Shown here piece after piece: positions 58,848 through 64,000 of a DNA stretch of 64,000 nt (position 1 is its first letter; each line of letters begins with the position of its first letter). The notes beneath the pieces are model-generated. The model ran no database searches. It saw only the letters and a list, made by a program, of their open reading frames with translations, and had not been told where the DNA came from. Both the position numbers and the translations under genes were made by a program. This DNA is from Omnitrophica WOR_2 bacterium RIFOXYA2_FULL_38_17 (GTDB lineage: Bacteria; Omnitrophota; Gorgyraeia; Zapsychrales; Zapsychraceae): the NCBI GenBank assembly GCA_001805965.1, contig MHHG01000057.1, forward strand, positions 85,975 to 149,974, read 5' to 3'.

Positions 58848-59795
58848 ATGAATAAATTAAAAGTCGCGATAATCGGCATCGGCCATCTAGGATCTCTTCA
58901 TCTTAAGGATTACAACAATCTTTCCTCTCTTGTTGAAATCGTTGGAGTCTGCGATATTAAGGAAGAACGCACTACCAGGCTTGCAAATCATTACAACGTC
59001 CCTTTCTTTGAAAATTACAAAGATCTTGTTGGTAAAATAGATGCTGTAAATGTATGTGTACCAACAAAAGATCATTTTGAGATCGCGAGGTTTTTCTTAG
59101 AAAACAATACACATGTTTTTGTGGAAAAACCAATTACAACAACAGTTGAACAAGCAGACAAACTCATCGAACTTTCAGAAAAAAACAACCTTAAACTGCA
59201 AGTTGGTCACATTGAAAGGTTTAATTCAGCATTTCAATCAGCACGCCACTTTTTAAGCAAACCATTATTCATTGAATGCCATAGGCTTAATCACTTCCCT
59301 AACAGATCACTTGATATTGGCGTTGTTATGGACCTTATGATACATGATATTGATATTATGCTTGGACTCATTGACTCACCGATAAAGAACATTCATGCAG
59401 TTGGGGTCAATGTCTTGACCCTGATGGAAGATATTGCAAGCGTAAGAGTATCCTTCGAAAATGGCTGCGTTTGCAACCTTACAGCTAGTCGTGTTTCGGA
59501 AGATGTCATGAGAAAAATAAGGATCTTTCAGAAAGATTCATATATTTCGCTTGATTACATAAAACAAGAAGCATACATTTACAAAAAAAGTGAAAACAGT
59601 ATACTTAAACACAGTTTACCCATTGAACGCGAACAGCCTTTAAGAAAAGAAATAGAACATTTTATAGAATGTATCAATAAAGGCAAGACTCCTCTAATTT
59701 CGGGAAAAGAAGGCAGAGCCGCTCTTTCCGTAGCTCTTAAAATAATTAAAACCATTAAAGAAAGAACTGCCTTAATTAATAGTCAGCCTGACTAA
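58848..59795 (+). CDS. Gfo/Idh/MocA oxidoreductase, GnnA-like (UDP-GlcNAc 3-dehydrogenase by context)
   Basis: KVAIIGIGHLG..H, VFVEKP, QVGHIERFN, DLMIHDID, LTASRVS; directly upstream of lpxB. Start set at ATG 58848. Confidence 0.8.
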   Translation: MNKLKVAIIGIGHLGSLHLKDYNNLSSLVEIVGVCDIKEERTTRLANHYNVPFFENYKDLVGKIDAVNVCVPTKDHFEIARFFLENNTHVFVEKPITTTVEQADKLIELSEKNNLKLQVGHIERFNSAFQSARHFLSKPLFIECHRLNHFPNRSLDIGVVMDLMIHDIDIMLGLIDSPIKNIHAVGVNVLTLMEDIASVRVSFENGCVCNLTASRVSEDVMRKIRIFQKDSYISLDYIKQEAYIYKKSENSILKHSLPIEREQPLRKEIEHFIECINKGKTPLISGKEGRAALSVALKIIKTIKERTALINSQPD

Positions 59796-59834
59796 ACAAA
59801 GCTTTCTTTTTAATATTTTCATTCAATACTGATC

Positions 59835-61004
59835 ATGTCAGAAAACAAAAGCAAACAAATTATCATTGTCGCAGGTGAAGCTTCAGGAGATATGCATGGC
59901 TCATATCTTATTAACGAGATAAAGAAAATCGATCCTAGTATACGTTTTAGCGGCCTCGGAGGCTCACAAATTCAGGCAAGCGGTGCTGAGATCTATTATG
60001 ACCTGACAAAACTGGCAGTTATAGGCTTTTACGAAGTACTAAAACATTACAAAGAGATCAAGAAAGCTTTTAATTTAATTCTAAAAGTAATTAAGGAATC
60101 AAAACCCGCTGCTGTAATCCTAATTGACTATCCTGGCTTCAACTTAAGATTAGCTGAAGAAATTAAGAAGCTAAAAATCGACACAAAAGTTATTTACTAT
60201 ATAAGCCCTCAGATATGGGCGTGGAAAAAGAACAGGATCAAGGCAATCAAGAAGAACATAGACAAAATGCTTGTTCTTTTCGATTTTGAGGAAAAGATAT
60301 ATCTAAACTCAGGAGTAACAGCTAAATTTGTTGGCCATCCGCTTGTTGATGAAGTCAAATCAACTATTTCAAAAGAGGATTTTCTCGAAAGCCTCGGACT
60401 TTCTTCCTACAAAATGACAATAGGAATTCTCCCCGGTTCAAGGGAAAAAGAAGTTCAGCGACATTTACCCTTAATGCTTGGAGCCGCAAAAATACTTAAA
60501 GACGATTATCCAATGATGCAATTTATCGTTATAAAAGCACCTACAATAAGCGAGTCCTTGATAAAAGAATTCTTACCTGACAATCAGCCCCATATAAAGA
60601 TCATTGGATCAAACACTTATGATGCCATTAATTCATGCGAATCATGCATGGTGGCATCCGGCACAGCCACGCTTGAAACAGCTATTCTTTGCAGACCAAT
60701 GGTCGTGGTTTACAAGACATCCTGGCTTACTTGGATTTTAGCAAAATTGTTTTTAAAAATACCTAACATCGGTTTGGTTAATGTTGTGGCTCAAAAAAGA
60801 ATCGTTCCCGAATGCATTCAGCTTTCAGCGAATCCTAATAGGATTGCCTCTGAAATAAGTGAACTGTTTACAAATGAGATCCGATTAGCAAACATTAAAA
60901 ATGAATTAAAAAAAGTAGCAACTGCCTTGGGAACAACTGGGGCTAGTAGAAATGCCGCTAAAGAAGTGATCAACATGATTTTTCCTGCAGAAGGCAAATC
61001 TTAA
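59835..61004 (+). CDS. lpxB: Lipid-A-disaccharide synthase
   Basis: AGEASGD.HG, IDYPGFNL, YISPQIWAW, FVGHPL, LPGSR..E, SGTATLE. Confidence 0.97.
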   Translation: MSENKSKQIIIVAGEASGDMHGSYLINEIKKIDPSIRFSGLGGSQIQASGAEIYYDLTKLAVIGFYEVLKHYKEIKKAFNLILKVIKESKPAAVILIDYPGFNLRLAEEIKKLKIDTKVIYYISPQIWAWKKNRIKAIKKNIDKMLVLFDFEEKIYLNSGVTAKFVGHPLVDEVKSTISKEDFLESLGLSSYKMTIGILPGSREKEVQRHLPLMLGAAKILKDDYPMMQFIVIKAPTISESLIKEFLPDNQPHIKIIGSNTYDAINSCESCMVASGTATLETAILCRPMVVVYKTSWLTWILAKLFLKIPNIGLVNVVAQKRIVPECIQLSANPNRIASEISELFTNEIRLANIKNELKKVATALGTTGASRNAAKEVINMIFPAEGKS

Positions 61005-61010
61005 AAAAGA

Positions 61011-61451
61011 TTATCTCATGCTCCTTAGTCTTCTTTGTATCACAACCTGATTACTTGGAGTATTTTGATTTGGATATGAAACCGCTATTTCTTGAATAGT
61101 GCGGCCCTTTGACACGCCGGTTTCTGCGCGCTCCTTCACAACAACAGGTTCAGGTAATTCGGGAGCTGAACCAAATGCAACACTAGCGTTTGCATTAATA
61201 TCTTCAGCCTTAAATACTGCAGTCCATGCCTCAAACAATTTATAATAATCAGGATGTTCTATTTTCGTAAGCTCCAAAATTTCTTCATTTTCAGATAGCG
61301 CCTTATAGGTTTTTTCAATAACAGCCCTATCTTTTGATTTCACTGCCTCAAAGAACTTATCAACAAGGTCCGGCAATGATTTTGATGCCTCAGCAAATGA
61401 AAGCGGCACACATAAAAGAGCTATTAGACAAATAATTAAATATTTTTTCAT
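61011..61451 (-). CDS. Hypothetical secreted protein
   Basis: Signal peptide (MKKYLII...SFA), helical middle, disordered tail; has its own promoter and SD GAGG. Confidence 0.7.
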   Translation of the reverse strand: MKKYLIICLIALLCVPLSFAEASKSLPDLVDKFFEAVKSKDRAVIEKTYKALSENEEILELTKIEHPDYYKLFEAWTAVFKAEDINANASVAFGSAPELPEPVVVKERAETGVSKGRTIQEIAVSYPNQNTPSNQVVIQRRLRSMR

Positions 61452-61478
61452 CAGGATTTCCTCGATCTTTTTTATTTT

Positions 61479-61507
61479 ATTCTAAATCTAAATAAACAAC
61501 CCGTCAA
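61479..61507 (-). promoter_or_regulatory. Putative sigma70 promoter for the 61011-61451 gene
   Basis: TTGACG-17 bp-TAGAAT. Confidence 0.6.
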
Positions 61508-61517
61508 TATAAGCATA

Positions 61518-62039
61518 TTATGAACAATCTTCTGGGCAATTACAGCTGTCTTCAAACTGATTGCAAATACCGTTTCCGCAAGGGATACAAATAGGCACGC
61601 TGTAAAGCGTATGAGCTCCGATCATATCACAAGTACCATCAATAAAACGCTCTCCGCATCTTTTGACCAGACCATAACAACATTCAACTTTTTGACCAGC
61701 GTATGAAATGTTCCCGCATCCAAATGGCTCATTTATCAATTTATGATAACAAACATCCTCGCCGCTACAGCCTTTGAGTATCTGACAGCTATCCAGCGGA
61801 CAATTCTCAGCATCAATTTCGGCACATTCTTTTGGATAACAAACTTTCTCACAATCATCTAAAGAAAGACCCCCGACACATTCCAATCTGCAAACTGTCT
61901 GAGGACATTCATTGGTTTTACTATAAACACCCTCACAAAACTGTGCAGTACTCTCTTGAGCATATACGATACCAGATAAAGACAAATAAACAAAAAACAC
62001 TAAAAACCAACAAATAAAATTCTTTTTATTAATTTCCAT
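61518..62039 (-). CDS. Cysteine-rich secreted protein
   Basis: Signal peptide ending VYA-Q; 23 Cys in 173 aa; C-terminal CGNGIC...E....CPEDC. Confidence 0.8.
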   Translation of the reverse strand: MEINKKNFICWFLVFFVYLSLSGIVYAQESTAQFCEGVYSKTNECPQTVCRLECVGGLSLDDCEKVCYPKECAEIDAENCPLDSCQILKGCSGEDVCYHKLINEPFGCGNISYAGQKVECCYGLVKRCGERFIDGTCDMIGAHTLYSVPICIPCGNGICNQFEDSCNCPEDCS

Positions 62040-62822
62040 TTAAATTCCTTCCAGATTAATTTGTTGAACCCATCCTTGCTTATCGTCTGAACGTCTTATT
62101 TTAACCCAACCCCCTTCAAATTTCATCATTTTCACACGATTTCCTTCATTTAATTTAAAGTAAACCGTTGCATCCTCTCTAGGCTCAAATCTGGCATCAG
62201 AATCATCTAGAATAACTGCTGTTCCGACCTGATTCTGCACTTTATACTTGAACCCTCCCATATAAATAACTGCCAGAATACTAAGCACTACCAAAATAAT
62301 TTTACCTATCATCAAAGTGATCTTCAGGAACAAGAACAATAAATAAAGCCCAATCGCTATGAACCCAATTGTAACGCCTATAGTCACCAGCTCTTGATCT
62401 GAATGAAAGCTAGTGAATTTATCAATGATCTTAATAACAAAGCCTTTTTTCTCTGACCCAAAATCCTTAACAAGCTTCAGAACATATTTATAATTATAAT
62501 CAACATCGCTGTCTCTTGGCATTAACCTCTTTGCTCTTTCATAATTAAGCACCGCTTTGCCATAATTACCATTCTTAAAATAGCTATTCGCTAAATTATA
62601 ATAGATCTGTCCACTCTCTTTCCCATTCTTAATAATAAGCTCATATTGTTCAATTGCTTTTTTATATTCTTTATCCTTATAAAATCGCTCAGCTGAAACA
62701 AATCGAGCCAAAGCTTCATCATCTGCACTTACAGGGACTGTTAGAAGAAGCAAAATCAAGATAATTAGCCCTCTCAAATAAAGCGTTAAATTTTTATGTT
62801 GTAAAACGCGGGGTGAAAGCAT
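62040..62822 (-). CDS. BatE-like TPR + TM + SH3b protein
   Basis: TPR YYNLANSYFK.G.YGKAVLNYERAKRL.PRD.D, two TM helices, C-terminal L.EG..V....GWVKI....GWV; follows the BatD-like gene. Confidence 0.82.
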   Translation of the reverse strand: MLSPRVLQHKNLTLYLRGLIILILLLLTVPVSADDEALARFVSAERFYKDKEYKKAIEQYELIIKNGKESGQIYYNLANSYFKNGNYGKAVLNYERAKRLMPRDSDVDYNYKYVLKLVKDFGSEKKGFVIKIIDKFTSFHSDQELVTIGVTIGFIAIGLYLLFLFLKITLMIGKIILVVLSILAVIYMGGFKYKVQNQVGTAVILDDSDARFEPREDATVYFKLNEGNRVKMMKFEGGWVKIRRSDDKQGWVQQINLEGI

Positions 62823-64000
62823 TTAAAATTTCCTTTCATAGTAATCAATTATCTCTTCAAGATCCTCGAAACTAATATGCATAATATCATGGCTTATCTG
62901 ACCTGAAGCATATCTAACAATATCGCATTCATCAAAGATTCTTTTTAGTTTAGTTTTTATATTATCTGATATATCAATATCTGGCTTATATATTTTACAT
63001 CTGTTAATAACAGATTCAAAGCTAACTGTTCCTACAGGCATATGAAACTTACTTGAAAAATACTTCTGCAATGTCTTGTATAAGCAATCATAGAACCCCT
63101 GCTTATCTTCTAAATCCAGCAAAGTCTTTGCTTTTAAAATTTGTTTTTTTGCATATTTAGGGGCATGCTTTCTTTTTGCATAAACAACGTCAGTCTGCAG
63201 CCTCTCATTTTTCAAAAAATAAACATATCCAAAGATCCACAAAATCAGGAGACATGCAATGATAATATAAAAAGAAGGTTTTTTATAGTCCTTTGTTCCA
63301 ACAGGCTTAATATCGCCAATCTCGGTTTTTATAAACACAATGTCAGAGCCCAGCTCTTCTTCAAAATTCAAATCCCTTTTTGAATCTCCTCCAACAATTC
63401 TTAATCCAACATCTCCTTCGCTCTCCTGTACTTTTATCGGAAAAGGACCTCTTACAATGGTCTTATACTCACCTGATCCTGAATCAAAATAAGAAAAACT
63501 TATAGGAGGAATTTCCTTTAATGTCTTTGACCTGGGAATTAGCACCTGTTCAAGAATCTTATCTCCGTTATTCTGGCTGATCTGGGGCTCATATAATTTT
63601 AGCTCATTGGTCTCTTTAATTTTTGGAAAATTAACAGAATTAATATTCCCCTGGCCAGAAACATTCATCTTCAATGTTATAGGATCCCCCTCTTTAACAT
63701 CCGTCGGACTTACCTGAACATTGAAATCATAAGAGCCAACTCCCCCGGAAAAATCAGCCGGCTTTCCTTCCTGCGGCAATTCCAGGACATTTATTACACC
63801 TTTGCCTGATTCAACAGTCATTGGAACCCTTCTATAAGAATCAAAAATCCCATCAAAGAATTCATCATCAAAAAAACTGCCGAAAGAACGCCTTTTTGTT
63901 TGTTGATTGCTTTTAACGAGCAAATTACAATCTAATTTTACCGGGCCTAATTCCAATGTTCCTGTTCTTGTTGGGTACAAAAAAACAGAGTGCTCAACAA
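62823..64000 (-). CDS. BatD-like protein (3' part; frame open to the window end)
   Basis: P.RTG.LELGP, LELP..GKP..FSGGVG.Y, V..GDPITL...VSG.GN, IP.ISFSYFD...G.YKT, then a TM helix and helical tail. Confidence 0.82.
   Translation of the reverse strand, partial: VEHSVFLYPTRTGTLELGPVKLDCNLLVKSNQQTKRRSFGSFFDDEFFDGIFDSYRRVPMTVESGKGVINVLELPQEGKPADFSGGVGSYDFNVQVSPTDVKEGDPITLKMNVSGQGNINSVNFPKIKETNELKLYEPQISQNNGDKILEQVLIPRSKTLKEIPPISFSYFDSGSGEYKTIVRGPFPIKVQESEGDVGLRIVGGDSKRDLNFEEELGSDIVFIKTEIGDIKPVGTKDYKKPSFYIIIACLLILWIFGYVYFLKNERLQTDVVYAKRKHAPKYAKKQILKAKTLLDLEDKQGFYDCLYKTLQKYFSSKFHMPVGTVSFESVINRCKIYKPDIDISDNIKTKLKRIFDECDIVRYASGQISHDIMHISFEDLEEIIDYYERKF

Noticed and set aside
1-64000. CRISPR array, prophage, IS element, defence system, recoding or frameshifted pseudogene
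   Set aside because: No spaced direct repeats and no transposase, phage or nuclease motifs seen; conserved genes read through intact in code 11, with TGA used as a stop.

Overview
A gene-dense, AT-rich stretch of core bacterial chromosome from an LPS-producing diderm. Gene content and order suggest Candidatus Omnitrophota or a related PVC lineage; this is an inference, no database was run. Almost everything from 1 to 58.8 kb is on the minus strand. In transcription order: msbA; rpsB-tsf-pyrH-frr; tRNA-Lys/Leu/Gly; a regulatory PTS cluster (IIA, yvcK, HPr, EI) plus a nucleotidyltransferase; metK-ahcY-ilvC-leuA; aroE-pilD-aroK-dprA-topA-xerC; a large lipid A/Kdo/heptose-core/Lpt locus; tig-clpP; class V aminotransferase-serA; purA; two coiled-coil envelope proteins; uppS-cdsA-dxr-rseP; a lone TadA/CpaF ATPase; proS-rimP-nusA-infB-trpS-scpA-ruvB. 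A divergent plus-strand pair (GnnA-like oxidoreductase and lpxB) and the 3' end of a Bat-like operon ending in a 23-Cys secreted protein close the window. I found no transposase, prophage, CRISPR array or defence system, and no clear-cut new system. The best leads are three domain fusions in the LPS locus (acyltransferase-ELM1, GT4-GT9, LptC-LptA), several core factors missing whole domains, an IF2 with altered G-motifs, overlapping near-leaderless promoters at msbA/gnnA, candidate structured RNAs before serA and ahcY, and the disulfide-rich Bat-linked protein.
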